Source: Styela clava (lineage: Eukaryota). Taken from it: a DNA stretch of 64,000 nucleotides. Every line of letters begins with the position of its first letter. Positions within the stretch are counted from its first letter, which is position 1. The stretch covers positions 15,748,001 to 15,812,000 of the forward strand of contig NC_135253.1 of assembly GCF_964204865.1 (NCBI RefSeq). The letters run 5' to 3'. Shown piece after piece: positions 1-14,028 of the stretch. A program made the translations under genes and the position numbers. Under the pieces are notes generated by a model, which worked only from the letters and a program-made list of their open reading frames with translations, was not told the origin of the DNA and ran no database searches.

Positions 1-2755
1 GAAATACAACTCCATACTCTATTTCATTTCTAAAAACATCGCCTTTTTAGAATATATAAAATCACTTTATTGATAACAATTTAGAAACTATATGCAAATG
101 GGCACATTTGCAATGTGCCACAAATTATACGCAAATCAGGTTTTTCTGATTGGGATATTAAGGAAATGTGACTAAGGTTAATAGTATGAATTTTTTATGT
201 GACATATACATGCAATACGAATAACAACCCCAGAAACAAAATATCTCTATATTCCTTCTAATCCTTTATAAATCAATCAATCAATCAAATCGTTTTTTAT
301 CAGCCATCCCGGCAAAGCTGGACATAAATGAAAACAATTGAGATCACAAAAATAAGCAGGATATCCGCGAAATGACTATTCGGTCTACTCGTCAGCGGCA
401 ACCTTAAAATAGCTTAAAACTTGAATACAAAATTTGCACAGCGCGAAAATTTTTTATGCGAGAACAGCATCGCCCAAGATGACGCTGAAAAGCAATAATA
501 ACCTTATTATTTATAGAATTAGGGAATTCCCCCTATATTATTTCGGAGCAGTGCTGTTCCGGCACTTTTAGGTTAACGTTTCTGGAAAAAAGTTAGACAA
601 TACATATTAGGTTTAGTAATAGGACGATACCAAAGAAATGCCAGTACTGAAACTGGTAGCTAACGAGAAAAGATATCTTCATGACAGTAAAAATACCTCA
701 ATGAACATGTAATGTGCATGCCAATGTACATGTAATTGTATTGTAACATGAAAAAAAGTACAGATCAACAATCATGTCTAGCAGACACTGAACACTGAAA
801 TAAAACTACTATGATATTGGGGAATGCAATACACATTTATGCAGAATATAAGGATAGTAAATGGTTGAGTAACTGAGTTTTAAAATTTGGATTTGTTGAG
901 TCTTTAAATAACCAATATTTATGTACAGAAACTTTCTGTACTTTTCTATCAGAACAACAACATGTGTGTTGAAAAATCACTTACACTAACAATTCTTTCT
1001 GAAAGCCAAGTGTAAGATTCTTGCTCACTTCCTGCAGTGTTAGAATGTCTACGAAAACATCTTGGTCAATTTCTAATATTTCTCCTTTCAATTTGTGACA
1101 TTCCATGAGGAAAAAATATTCTTCGCTGACAACAATCAATATTCCGGTGTTTGATTTGTTGTATAATTTCCAAGTCTTGATAAACATTTCAGCCAAACCA
1201 AGTGTCATATCTGCGCTATCAAAATCTTGCTCAAATGGAATTCTTGCTTTCAGTAAAGAGCGTTTGTAAACATGCTTGAGAAAACTTGCTACACCAAATC
1301 CCCATCCTGAAACACCCCATTCCAAAAGTTTAGGAAGTTGGATTCCTTCATCAGTTTCAGTCACCATGTAATCTGCTCTCGTTATTGATAGCTCATACCG
1401 GTCCTGGAACATGACTCATTTACCATATGTATTTTAAATAACAGATTATTCATAAAGAGTCGTTCAATTACACGATAAATCGGTAGGAAGTGTTAAAAAC
1501 AACACATGTGAATCTGTAGTTAATTTATTACATCGTGAAGACGTGAAGAGTGTTATAATTATATTCATTTTCAGGTCCAGCAGTTGGAAAAATACCATTG
1601 CAACGTATCAATTTCTACACATGCATTCATGAATCAAGAACTTGCCATGATATATTTTCTGTCAAGTAGAACCCTACCCGCACCTGCAACCGACCTTCGA
1701 CACTTACATCTCGGACAAGAATAAACAGTTTACTTACCTCACGATTGACTGATTTCGACACTCTTTCGTATATGCCGAACATTTTTTTAATGAGCCAGTC
1801 CGCTTTCGCAACACTAAAAGTAAATATATAACTCCATATTCATTCCGCATACCTAAAGATCACAGACAAGCATGAAACGGTATGAGACTTACAAAACTGT
1901 CTAAAGAATGATATTTTTTCCTGTACTAAGTTCCTATTTATGTGATCTCAGACTAGATATGAGTTTGTTGAATAAGTTGTTATATATTTATGATCACTAC
2001 ATTCGCAAACTGAGTAGGATTTACCTGTCCAATCCTTTCTTCACAAAATCGAAATCAAAACTGACATTATGATGAAGTTTGTGAAATTCTGGGCAAACTT
2101 GGTTTACTCTGCGCATAACATCAACGGGCATTCTCGAGGGAAACAAACAAAATGGAGCCATCTTGTCATGCTGCAAAACCAACCATTAGTAAATTTTATT
2201 CGACATAGATCACCTATTTTTAACGCATGATATCTGGATAAATTGCGAGTGCTAACTAAAAGAGAACAAAACTCTTAATGCGGCTTCAATCGTACGCCCA
2301 TGTGTATAACTGATAACATTTTACTATCAGCGCAACGAATTTTACTTGAATGTAATTATTCTGTGTGGACAAATTTCGGTTGACAAGGATACAGTGAATG
2401 AAAATAGTTAGTCTTATCATTTTTTGGAATTTACTTTCTAAAAATTAAATATTTTGACGGAAGAGATGTTTTTTTTTATTTTTCATAAAGGTGTATAGTG
2501 ATCAAACCTGGCAGAGCGAGGGACAATACAACCAATTTTCGAGAATTTTAATTTTTATAGAAAAACCTAAAACTAGTTTAATCTTCCACAATAATGATAG
2601 ATACGTACTGGTTTTCTTGACTCGTCATACCACTGAAAGAAAAATTTTTGCTTCTTGGCCTCTTCGATCGCTGATGTTGAGCATTTTTTCAACCATTCTT
2701 TCGATTGAAATACATTTTCAAATTGATGTTCAATAACAAAATTATCAGAAGACAT
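1..2755 (-). CDS. Glutathione synthetase-like ATP-grasp protein, diverged; 5' part (exons 2755-2609, 2170-2025, 1813-1738, 1403-985, 29-<1), continues off the window
   Basis: Manually spliced with GT-AG sites in compatible phases: MSSDNF...RKP / HDKMAPFCLFPSRMP...KGLD / SVAKADWLIKKMFGIYERV / DRYELSITRADYM...KLLEWGVSGWGFG...ELLV / NEIEYGVVF. Collinear with eukaryotic GSS motifs APFTLFPS, DDFTARLFDI, RSDYM, KQIEINTISASFG and LFVDGQEIAVVYF. Confidence 0.8.
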
Positions 2756-3358
2756 TTTCAATGTATTTAGTATATCTTTATGAACCGGGTAATATATTTT
2801 ATTATATATGTATCTGAAATAAAATAAATATCCTTCTTTTCATGTGATATGCGAATCACTTCTAAACAAAAGACTATACAAAAATACCATCTATGGCAAG
2901 TGTATAGTCAATTTTTGTGCCTGACCAACGAGGAAAGATCGTGTTTCTTTTAGAACACGAAAACCGTTAATGTGATGAATGAACTTATCAATTTATCGAT
3001 TTTCAGAGCAAACGTGATAAGCAAACACATTATCATCATATAGGTAAAAGCTGAAAATGCTGCCTCACACGTGTGGGTCGTTGCCAAAGGCAATAAAATC
3101 TTAATTGCCTTTTCTTACAGCAATGGATACTCATCCATAACGCTCAAACAAAAAGATAAAATGGCTTTTGGTTTGATTGAAATCAAATATTAAAGATCGA
3201 TCAGATTATTTTCATATTGATGAGGATCCTCCGTTCAGTCATCACGGACCACCAGGGGCACCGTAGTTTGGGAAACCTTGCTTTAGAAATTAATTATCAA
3301 TATTTCTGTACAGAAAAAAAACTTCTCACTTACATCAAACCATATAGGGTGAGACATT

Positions 3359-3650
3359 ACTTACACTAACAATTTATTCTTAACCTTCAAGTGCATGACA
3401 TACTGTAGTGTTAAAATGTCCACAAAACGTCATGGTCAATTTCAAATCGTAACATTCTATAAGGCAAATTTATTAATCGCACACAACCATCAATATCCCA
3501 TCGTTTGAACTCTTGCTCCCTTTTCAAAGTTTGGTAAATATTTCTGCCAGACCAGGCGTCATATCTGTGCCAGCAAAACCGTGCTCATGTTGAATTCTCG
3601 CTTCCAGTAAAAAGCTTTTGTAAATCTGCTTGAGAAAACTTGCTACACCT
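3359..3650 (-). pseudogene. Decayed duplicate of the large GSS-like exon
   Basis: 3359-3650 matches 980-1296 at the nucleotide level (cttacactaacaat..., gtcatatctg, gcttgagaaaacttgctacacc) but carries deletions and frameshifts, and similarity stops abruptly at ~3650. Confidence 0.75.
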
Positions 3651-5627
3651 AATGTTTGTTATCGTGAAATTGGGGGGAGACGTCTGGTGCTATGCCGCGA
3701 TATCACGAGAAAAGCGCAAATTTGAATTGAAACACTTACATCGATATTTGGCTCGGACCAGTTGTAGAGCCCATTTGATGTTACTTTTACTTTTGTAAAC
3801 GACTCTATTGGGTATGAAAAGTTCATAAGCATCGTATTGCAAAGTCGTCGTCGTTGTTAGTCTTGATATTGAAACGACCTTTTGTTGAAGGGGATATTCG
3901 CGTTTCTCCACAACCAAGTTTAGAATTTTCAGTGCTTAAGAAAGAAGTGGCAAAAGGCTATTTTATTTTCAAATCAACTCTGGGTATTACGGGACCCGAT
4001 ATTAAATCCCAAATTTTGCTGTTTTATTTCAATTCATTGTGATATTTTTTCTTCTGTCAAAAGTTACCGCCGCCGTTGCGAATGTCCGCCGTTTGGCTGA
4101 GGGAATTCGCTGCTATGGTTAACATTTTTATTGGAAACGAAGTGAACCTATCGATCGTTATGTTGTTAGTTCAGCTTGATAGAAATATAAATATATTGTT
4201 GCAGAAGCTACCAATATCAAAAGCTCAAGTGCCCAACGTGTTGTCACAGAAAAACCACCACAACCAGTGGCCACGTCTGCTCGGAGTTTTGCCTGGATTT
4301 AAACAGAACAGGTTCTGATAACTATTGTAACATTAGCGTGACAGCAACCCGACCTGATGTTTAATTGTGAGTACCAGCATTTGTTGGTAATTGTCATTAC
4401 AACAATTGATGCTGTTTGACAGAAATTACTCGTAGGAACCATCGTACTCATGCAAGCCTTAATCAGGTTAAAAAATTGGCCGCTACTTCTATCATAGTAG
4501 TAATTACTACTGTTAATACTAGTAACATAAAAACATCCTGGTCAGGATTTCTGACATTCAATTCAATTCAATCAAAACATTCAATTGCAGGTACCATTCT
4601 TTGATAATACAACAAAGTCAGCGTGCAAATGATCCGGCGTCTATTTCGCCGTCGCCTGGACCTCTCCAGAGCATGCGGTCTAATTAGGCTTCCCGCTGCT
4701 TGTCAACAGGGAACCTATTGTATTCCTGTGTTTTAATATTATTATTTATTTATTATTATTTATTATTATTATTATTTTTTTTTCAAATTGGTCCTACAAA
4801 CTTGAAATTCACCTCAAAAGTTCTCTTATGCAGACTCTGCTATAGCCAAAAACAGTTATTCAGTGCAATTGTGGGCATCTGAAAATACAACACACAAAAA
4901 ACAGAGTACATTGAAATATAGAAAAAGAAACAAAATTCTCAGTTGTTCTCTGCACATATGTATTCCTCCTGTTGCAATGTACATTGTCTCATTCAAAAAA
5001 ATGTAACTTGTTAATTTTATACCCATTGAAAAGCGTTTTTTCCCCCTCATTGTGCAAACGCCTTGAAGCGTACATTCATCTAAACTTTCATTATCGCTGC
5101 CAGATCTCTCGGACAAAGTTATAGCCATCTTCAAAACGAAATAAATATTTTTATTTTGAAGTTTGCATGTAAATGGATCCATGAAAAGAGAATTCGCAAA
5201 ATGCTAAATATTACATCGCCTGTATATTTTCATGTGTATCTACAATGCTTAATCACCAAATATTTTTGGCGAAACTATCAAAACTAATTAATACTGAACT
5301 AATCGTAAAATATAAAACGGTAACATGCATAATGTATTTTTGTATTTTTTGAGAAAGCAATTATTAATAAGGTATGTGCATGTGTAATAAACAAGGTACA
5401 TATATATACAAAATTTCTAGACGCGGTTCAGGTTCAGGTGATCTTTCCAGAGAAAAATCAAAATTTATGTATTTGTCGTTAGAGAACACAGATGATAGTC
5501 ATTGTATAGTAAGTCAAATATCCAATTCTGAAAACAGTTGGAAGAATTGAATACGATGGATGAGCCACGGATTGCGGTTATAACTAAATTTAGTTGGATT
5601 TGTTGTAAATTATTTTTTGTAACCTAT

Positions 5628-7505
5628 TTACCCAGATTTTAACAACAATGGTTTGCTTTCATCAATGATGCTTCTTCGTTGACTCGGAGTGTCTGTTTCA
5701 TGAACCATCTCTGCAGAGAGTCGTCTATAGTCTGGTTTAACAAGGGCAACAAGGCAGCACTGCATAAAACATGCAATCAAAGGAACTATGATAGCCATGG
5801 TTGCCCCATGCATGTCCATAATTTTTCTAATCACAGCACCAAAAATGAACGCTGCCACCTCGGAAGGAAAATAATATATTGACATAAGTATCGTATTGTC
5901 GAACGGGTAGATGACTTCAGTGAGAAATTCCGTAAAAATGACGTTGGAGCATATGCGCAAGGCCGCAAGCGCGGGATAGAGAACGATTAACACTGGAAAA
6001 TATTTACATAAATGCCCAAAATATATTCCTCCAGTTACCAGCAACATTCCGACAACGACTGAAAAAAATAATTTTTGAGCTAGTCACAAAATACTGAATT
6101 AACGTTTTCTACATGAATTACAGTATTTGCAATAAAAGTCCAAGTCTACAGGTAAGTTTGCGAAAAATACACACCTGTACATATGTAGGCCTATATATAA
6201 TGTTTCAGAAAGTATGTATTTTTGTCTGGTTACAGGGTAATGCAAAGTTTGCATGTGCGGTATGCAAGAAAATAGCATATGATATGTATTAGAAGATGTC
6301 TGGATCGTAGATAAATAAATTGTGCAATATTAACTGTGAATAGAGTAATTCAAGTGATAAAAGAATAACATATATACTAACACCTAGATGACTTACTTGC
6401 CATAGCGAATTCTTTGAATTTCTTTAATCTGTCCAAATAGTATCCAACAGCAAGACCAGCAATTATCGATGCAAGAGTACCAGCTATTCTAATCCACCCA
6501 ATTTCACGGTATGTTACTTCGGGAAATGTCATTGAGATCAACGAAGGAGCAAGCACTTTTGCTAATATCAAGGCTGACAATCCAAGTGAGTTAGCACTAG
6601 CAAGAAGTAGAAATTGACGATTTACCAACAAATTCAAAACTAATTTCAAGAAAGATGTGTCTACTTCATGGGAAGCCCTTTCGTTTTTATCCGCTTTTAA
6701 CGAAGTAAGTATGTTAGCCTGCGCTGCTCCCGGCGGTGTTGGTGGTTGATTTTTCAACATAAAAACGAAAAACAATGCTGATATCGTAAGAATGAGAGCA
6801 GAAGTTCCTTTTGTGCTCATGAAAATAAGCCTAATATCATGGAAATTGTTCTCTATTTGAGTAGCGTTTCTGTAAGGAAGACACATAGGGTAGACTAATG
6901 CTGCTGTCGCCTCTCCCAAACTCACAGCGGACCATGTTACGCCGATGGCGGTCGCCGTTTCCTGTGCAGGAAACCAGCTAGCAGCAAGCGTAACCGGTAA
7001 TATAAAATTGATTCCGTTGGATAATCCAGTAAATAGTACTGCAGATAGAATCATCGGATACAGTTTTCTGCAAAAAAATAAGAAGCATATGCGGTTAAAG
7101 TGTGTCATACGTACACTGTACATTTAAATATTGTGAAAAACATCAACCGTGGGGCAGGTTATTTGGTACATGAAAAATAAAACTATACAAGAATTACATA
7201 ACTTGCCTGTTTTTAAATGCAAAAGTTCCTACGCCGATTCCGATACCAGCCGACAGCGCCATTATTGTTGCTTGAAATCGTAACCCAATTTTATTTTTGA
7301 AAATTGGTATCAACACCGTACATACTCCAGCCACCAAGAAGTTCAACAGCGTCAAAATATCTATTTGAAATGGGGTGACGTTGAAGTAATTCGCGACGAC
7401 GTCATTTACAAAACTGTACGAATAAATTTCACAGAGAATGATCGCCATGCAAATTGATAAAACTGCTAGAAACACCCAACGAATTGAATAAACTTTGTAT
7501 TCCAT
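5628..7505 (-). CDS. MFS transporter, FLVCR/SLC49-like (~466 aa; exons 7505-7207, 7067-6397, 6058-5628)
   Basis: MEYKVYSIRW start, LAASWFPAQETATAIG and QPPTPPGAAQ motifs, and C-terminal KPDYRRLSAE, all typical of FLVCR/SLC49; about 12 hydrophobic segments; splice phases are consistent (first intron GC-AG). Confidence 0.85.
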
Positions 7506-10500
7506 CTCTTCTATCTGAGAACAATAGAAAATATATTCTATTTTCAAAGGACATTCAAAGTCGAAAACTACCGTTGCATCAGCAATGCATTGGCGTTACA
7601 TCAGACCTTATAATATTACAATAATCACAAAAATGTGTGTGATGGTGGGGAGTGGGTAAAACAAAACGTTCAAAAATGATTTCGCAAAACAACGCAGTAT
7701 ACGAAGTCGAGAAACATACAGTTCTTTGAGAATAGCATTTCTTTTCAGATGCAAAATTATCTTGTGGTTGAAAATTTTTAATTTTAGTCGTTTAACATGG
7801 CTCGTTTTGGGCAACTTTCGTTTGATAATTTTAAAATCTCTAATAGTACCTTTAAATGCCATAATGAGACGTATAAAAACCATCTCTTTCAATATGCCCG
7901 TTATACCTTTTATCACTTGCATTTCCTTTGTTGTTTATTCCGGCCTTTTATTATTGGTAATTTTGATATTCAGGATGACTTATAAGGAGAATAGTTGCAG
8001 AATTTATGTACTAATTTCGCAAATTGTTTACTAGATAAGAATAAAAAATCTAGACAAACGACATGTGCAAAATGTAGCTAGGCTCGATGATGAGCCGTGC
8101 AAATTCGAAACTCTGTATCTAAAAGAACATGCGATGTGCAGAGGATTGAAATAATGGAAATGGAATTAACAATAAACGAAGTACTCTCTTTAATATCTGA
8201 CAATCTGCATCTTTTTAACGAGTTCTTTCAGTTATAATTTTTTTGAGAATTGCAGAAGAAAATTCTTGAAGTTTTGAATATTTCGGGATGGAATATTACG
8301 AAATATTTGATTCGTGGACTTATTTGAATCATCCAACTCAATTTTTCTAAAAAGTTCGAACCAAAAGTTGTAATTTAAGTGTGCTGCGAACGATTTCATC
8401 TATCGTTCTTACCTGAGCTTTGACTTGGCCGATAGGGAGAACTGCACATTCACGCTACTAATCGATGTTGATATCGTCCTTGAGTTTCTAATTCACCTTC
8501 TGCTTAGAGAAACAATTTTCAATGGAACTAATAAGAAAGCAAATTCTATTCGCCGCTTCTTACAGCAATAAATTCTAAAAAAATCTATTCTAGCCAACGA
8601 TTAACAAGACTATGATAACACTACAAAATCTCGTTTCAATAAGTTTGAAAAGCAAACAACAAAAAAACACGGTGTATTTTTGACTGACGCTGAGACTGAC
8701 GCCGGGTGCAAGGAAAATAAGGACAAACCTTGACTAACTGGTATGTACGATAAACGAGGCGTACATGCCTCCTCGAAAGTTGTTTGTTTTCCGCAAAGAA
8801 ACTCGACAAACGTTCAGGAAATAACATATCATGCGCTTGTTTTAATGTCATATTGATCAAGCATATCCCACTGATAAAGTTTCAGATATGCTTCGTTAGT
8901 GCGTTTGGTATGAAATGTTTCCTGAAATGTGCGTATCCGATTTTATGATACTATTCCACTCACAGGAAGCTAAACTCCTCTGTACCGGAACATTAATTTT
9001 TCAGGAAATGTGAAAACCAAGTAAAATTGAAGCTTGATAATTTGAGTAAATCTCATGATATTAACCGCGTATTATATTTTGCTATGTATATGATGGCCTA
9101 TCTTATATCCGTACTATCCGACCGCAGTTTATTATAGAATATCTCATATTTATTCCGTCAGCTTAAGTTTTCTTAATTTGGTGATCAAAAACATAAAAAA
9201 TCTTTTCGATAAGTTTTTTTTCGTCGGTTATGAGCTGGGCTGGATTTATCATTGATCATGTTATGCGGTCGAATAAACGAATACGATTGAATAAACGAAT
9301 TTGTCAAAGTACTCTACCCATCAAACCTTGAGAACAAAGTATGCTAGTTTAAATTAATTAATCAGTTGATACTGTAATAATGTCTTCATTTTTTTAAATA
9401 AAAAGAAAATATCGATATATCACTATACTGATTCATATAAACAGAACGAGCCTGTCAACGCCTAAATCGGACCCAGGCTATGAGACACGATACGCAGCAA
9501 CAATGTTTTATCTGTATTATATATTTTTTCCGTTATAGCTGCTGATACGGAATTTGTTGTTTGAGGCGACTTTCTGTACCATTAGATTTGGGGGAGGGGG
9601 AAGTTCAAAATTCGAAAGAGGAGTTCTTAATCATACCTTGAAATGTTCTTTTGCGACATATAAAAAGCAAAAATCACTCTCATTCTGAGATGTCAGGAGA
9701 TGCAACAAAACAATTTTAATGAAAACTTACGCATTTTATTAAAAAGGTACTAGAAATGAAAGTGCGTTAAAAAAGCGAAAATACGAATAGTTCTGGCAAT
9801 CCTTGTTTAGCCGATCCCCGATGTTAGAATAGGACATTTGTTAATGCAGCGGTTTGCAGCAGTGTATTTAAGTATTGATAGCCGTAATTATATGACGTAA
9901 TAGTTAGAATTGTTTTGATAGGAGGTACACGAATATATGCCATTTCCTGTTGACTGCTTAGGGCACGAGTCTAGGGCGTTAGTGTTGTTCCTGTGCATAT
10001 TCTAGGCTTGGCTTGATTAAGATTATTTTAATGCCTAATTTGCTGTTTTGAATTAATATGTAGAATTATAAAGTTAGGATATGTCCTGGTATTGAGCTTA
10101 GTTGTATATTGTTTCGATGAAAATGTAATTGTGATTTCTATTTAAACGGTTTCTTTTTCTGTATTAATATAATAATCTGGCAAAGAAGCACTGATTTCAA
10201 TTCAGCAATTCAGTTACCGCAGTTTCGAAAGTATGATTGTCACTTTAATTGAAAGACAATACCTATCGTTATGTTTTTATTAATTTTATGGACTCGTCTT
10301 GTGTACAGGTTTATGATTGTTATTTCCTGCATATTGGGTTTCTTTTAATTATTAAAAGTTTCGAGTATTAACTGCATTGAATTGGAACACAATATGGAAC
10401 AAAAAAAAGAGAAAGCTGCATGCCTGCAGCAACAGCATTAGTACTAAAGTAGACCAGACCCTGATTTGAAGATAACTGCTAATTTAGTCGTTCACACAAT

Positions 10501-11489
10501 TTATTTTTCTGTGTGACGGGGATTAATTTTAACAAAAACTATTCAGGGCTGCATATCTAATCCATTCGAGCTTGCAATTCTCATTTATTGGCTAGCAAAA
10601 ATTATAGCTCATTTCTTTTATATAAATAGTTGTTTCATGCGTTGAATATTGTAGTAAATAATTCTATGCTATTACAGTACCTATAATATTTCGAAATTCC
10701 ACATAGCCATACTAAATAGCAAACTCTCCCGATCGAATTTCGAACATAGATGTCTTGAGTAGCGTTTTAAAATGATCAATATCAAGTCGCAATCCTGTTT
10801 TATGTGTTACTATTAAAACCACTTGGTGTGAAGATATCATCTGAAGCAAATTTGCTCATGACTTGACTGAATTTATTATATACATGCTATGTAATGTTTA
10901 ACATTATTCAAGTTTTGTGTATCGATCCTAAATAGGCAAATATGTTAAAATGTCAGTAACAAAAAAAATGACAGAGCTTTAATTAATAAATTCGAAAGCA
11001 CTTATTGACTGCAAGTGTAACCAACGCATGGCCCATCGGTCGGATCCGGTCGGTAAGGCTGCCTCAGATAGAATTTAATTTTCTACATGAAAATGATTTT
11101 GGCTGTTGTCTTGTGACACAAAAAACACAGTAAATCATGACCATCTATATTTTTCGATTGATTTATTGGCAGTTCTCATTCAATTCGGTAAAAACAATAG
11201 TGGTTTTATGTTGCCCAGTAAAGAAGCTATCTTAAAATAAATGCAGAAAATAAAAACAGAGAAATACCACACGAAATCAGAATTACAGAACTCAAGTTCA
11301 AAGGTTAGAAACTAGTGAATATGAAAAAAATTTCACAAGGGGGATTTCCCAAGTTAAGTGTTTGCACCCAGGGCTGCCGCAATCTGCAAAGTTTGAAAAC
11401 AAAACTTTCTGATTTTCAGGTCGTTTTAGGTTGGTTCTGTGTGCTGAAATAGTAGAAATTTAACAAGTGATACTTATTACAATCAGACC

Positions 11490-13802
11490 ATGCATATTAC
11501 TACCTGCGAAATGCACACATGCGGCGAGCCGTTGAGAATCATTGAAACTGGATTTCCAAATATCTCGGGGAAAACAATCTTGGAAAAGATCGCTTACATA
11601 CGAGAAAATTGCGATGATATAAGGAAGTATGTATTTCTGAAATTGCAAAGTTTGCCATATAACTTTTGCCCTCAATGTTAAACTACCAGAGAAACATAAA
11701 AACATCACAATGAGGCTAGAATCCCATAGTCAAATAATCATGTCTCCCTTCCCTTGTATAGAATATCATCTTGTGGTACTCCTGAAGTATGCGCACCAAG
11801 ATGTCGCATAACCTGAACCCTAACGTGGTACACAATCTGAATTCGGGTTGTGTGTCATCTTGGTGCGCATACTTCAGGAGGTCCCATCTTGTTTTATACT
11901 AAATAAACATTTAGTACTGCCAGATTGTAGTTGGTATATTTGGCTCTGGTGGAGTTTGAAGTTGTAGTTAAACTTAATGCAAAAACTGTCATATTTCTGG
12001 AATTTATTTAAGGTTTTTGATGCATGAGCCTCGTTTGGAACATTGAGAGTTGAACCAGATTTACCAAATGCAGATGCAGCATTTATATTTATGCACAATG
12101 AAGGATATGGTACAATGTGTGGACATGCCATCATCGCCTTGGGAAGGTAGAATGTTATGATTAACAGTTTTGTATATTTTTAAAATACGCGCATATGCTT
12201 GTTTCATGTATATTTTTGTCCATTTCCACACCTGATAATTTTGTCTTGGGTATTATCGTACCATGGCTTCCTTTTTGGTGGAAATAATAGTTCAGCTTGC
12301 GTGTGTGACAAAATAAATTAGTATTTTTGGAATTGGCTTATGAGGTGGGTTTTTCAACTTTTCTGTGTTTGCTGAGATAATAACCAAAAAATTTTCAGAT
12401 ACTGCGTTGATAACAATATAGTTGAAGCAAAAGAGCCAGAAACCTTGGTCAATATTCAATGTCCATGCGGGCTTATTCCAACCTATGTTTCGTATAGTAA
12501 TGGTCTATCTGGGAGAGTGAGGTTTCAAAGTGTCCCATCATTTGTTTTGAAAATGGGTAAGAAAAAAATGCAGGTGTTAATTTTTTTTGTTATTCAATAT
12601 GTTACTGTATACAAGGTTGGGTAGACCATAGAGTCTCAGCTCAAGTCTCTTAAACGCTCGTCTGTACATAGCAAGGACGAACACAATGCTATACAACACA
12701 TTACATTGTACACATACCTAGATATTAGAATATGTAATATATATAAATGGAAATCTCAATATAAAGCAGTTTTTGTGCATACCTATTTGAACAACAACAT
12801 TGTCATTTTCAGATGTCAATGTGAATGTACCAAACATTGGTATGATCACTGTAGACATATCTTATGGGGGAGTATTCTATGCCTTTGTTTCTACTGACGC
12901 ACTCGGTTTGACAGTCAAGGCTGGTGATGCATTGAAGGCCGTGGAAATTGGGCAAGCTGTAATGAATGCCACGAAAAAGATTGTAAGACATACCCGTAAC
13001 TGTTTTGAAGCATTTAAAAATTACCAAACTTAGATATGAAGGTATTACCTCAAATTAAACTCATATTCACAAAAAAGCCTGTAAATCGGCATTTAGGAAG
13101 GACAAGTTTTACGGAACAGGGTAACAGTATAATTATCAATACAAAAAAGTTTCCCCCATCTTCGTACATTATTTCACATCTTAGTTTTGTAAAACTGCTA
13201 ATAATGCACAAACATCATAGGTTAAGGTTGAACACCCGGAAAATGAAGATCTTGGATTCTTATATGGCACTATAATATATGATAGAACAGAATTAAAATC
13301 AAATGATTTGATTCGACAAATGATAGTGTTTGCGGATCGTGAGGTAGGTGAAATTACACCTTGAATATATATTACTATCAACAACTATTGTCTGGTCTTT
13401 TTTATTTAGTAGTTACATTGAAATTGGTGATTTTTTTTTTAAGTTGGATAGAAGCCCATGTGGTTCAGGAACAGCAGCTCATATTGCTCTGATACACGCA
13501 AAAGGTCTACTGGATGGTAATTGTCAAAAAACTTTCCAGAGTATCGTCAATGATTCAAAGTAAGTACTCTGATGTCTAAAAAGTTATTGAGTGTCCAATT
13601 GGTTCTCAATAACTCTTACAATCACTAGCTCATATACGTTTAAATTTTTCCAAGGTTTACTGGAAAGGTTGTCAAAAAATCCAAATGCGGAAACTTCAAA
13701 GCTGTCATAGCAGAAGTGTCTGGGAATGCCTATTACACAGGCAAAAACTTGTTTACATCAGAGGATAAAGACCCCTTGAAGGCTGGTTTCACCGTCCGAT
13801 GA
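11490..13802 (+). pseudogene. L3HYPDH: L3HYPDH/proline racemase-family paralogue 1 (Cys/Cys active site), frameshifted in exon 2
   Basis: Seven exons matching copy 2: [40 protein letters not shown] net 16-nt deletion at ~12035 removes GHHDMY and gives TGA at 12044-12046. The other exons are open. Confidence 0.85.
11775..11884. mobile_element. 110-bp palindromic MITE, Merlin-like (GG..CC ends, 8-bp TSD catcttgt)
   Basis: TIR ctcctgaagtatgcgcaccaagatg; TSD at 11767-11774 and 11885-11892; absent from the matching intron of copy 2; second copy at 36949-37058. Confidence 0.85.
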
Positions 13803-14028
13803 TCAGTTGCAATATTACCTTCAGCAAAAGTGAAAAAATGTATCCGTCAGACAAGGGTTCTGCACCTCACATATATATCTCTCACGAAGAAAATTGCTGC
13901 TTCTCATTACAGCTGCTAAAATTTACATTTCAATATAGATGAAAATATCTTGTGTATTCTATCATCAAAGTTACTGCTTAGTTGCTACTTTTTGTATCCT
14001 CGATTTGGCGTAGGGGGCTGTTCACGAT

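Noticed and set aside
3660-4720. Moderately GC-richer segment that truncates the GSS relic, with short ORFs
   Set aside because: No TIR, TSD or protein motif could be identified; probably an old repeat.
7608-8034. Overlapping ~100-aa ORFs on both strands upstream of the MFS gene
   Set aside because: No recognisable motifs; AT-rich; probably UTR or intron.
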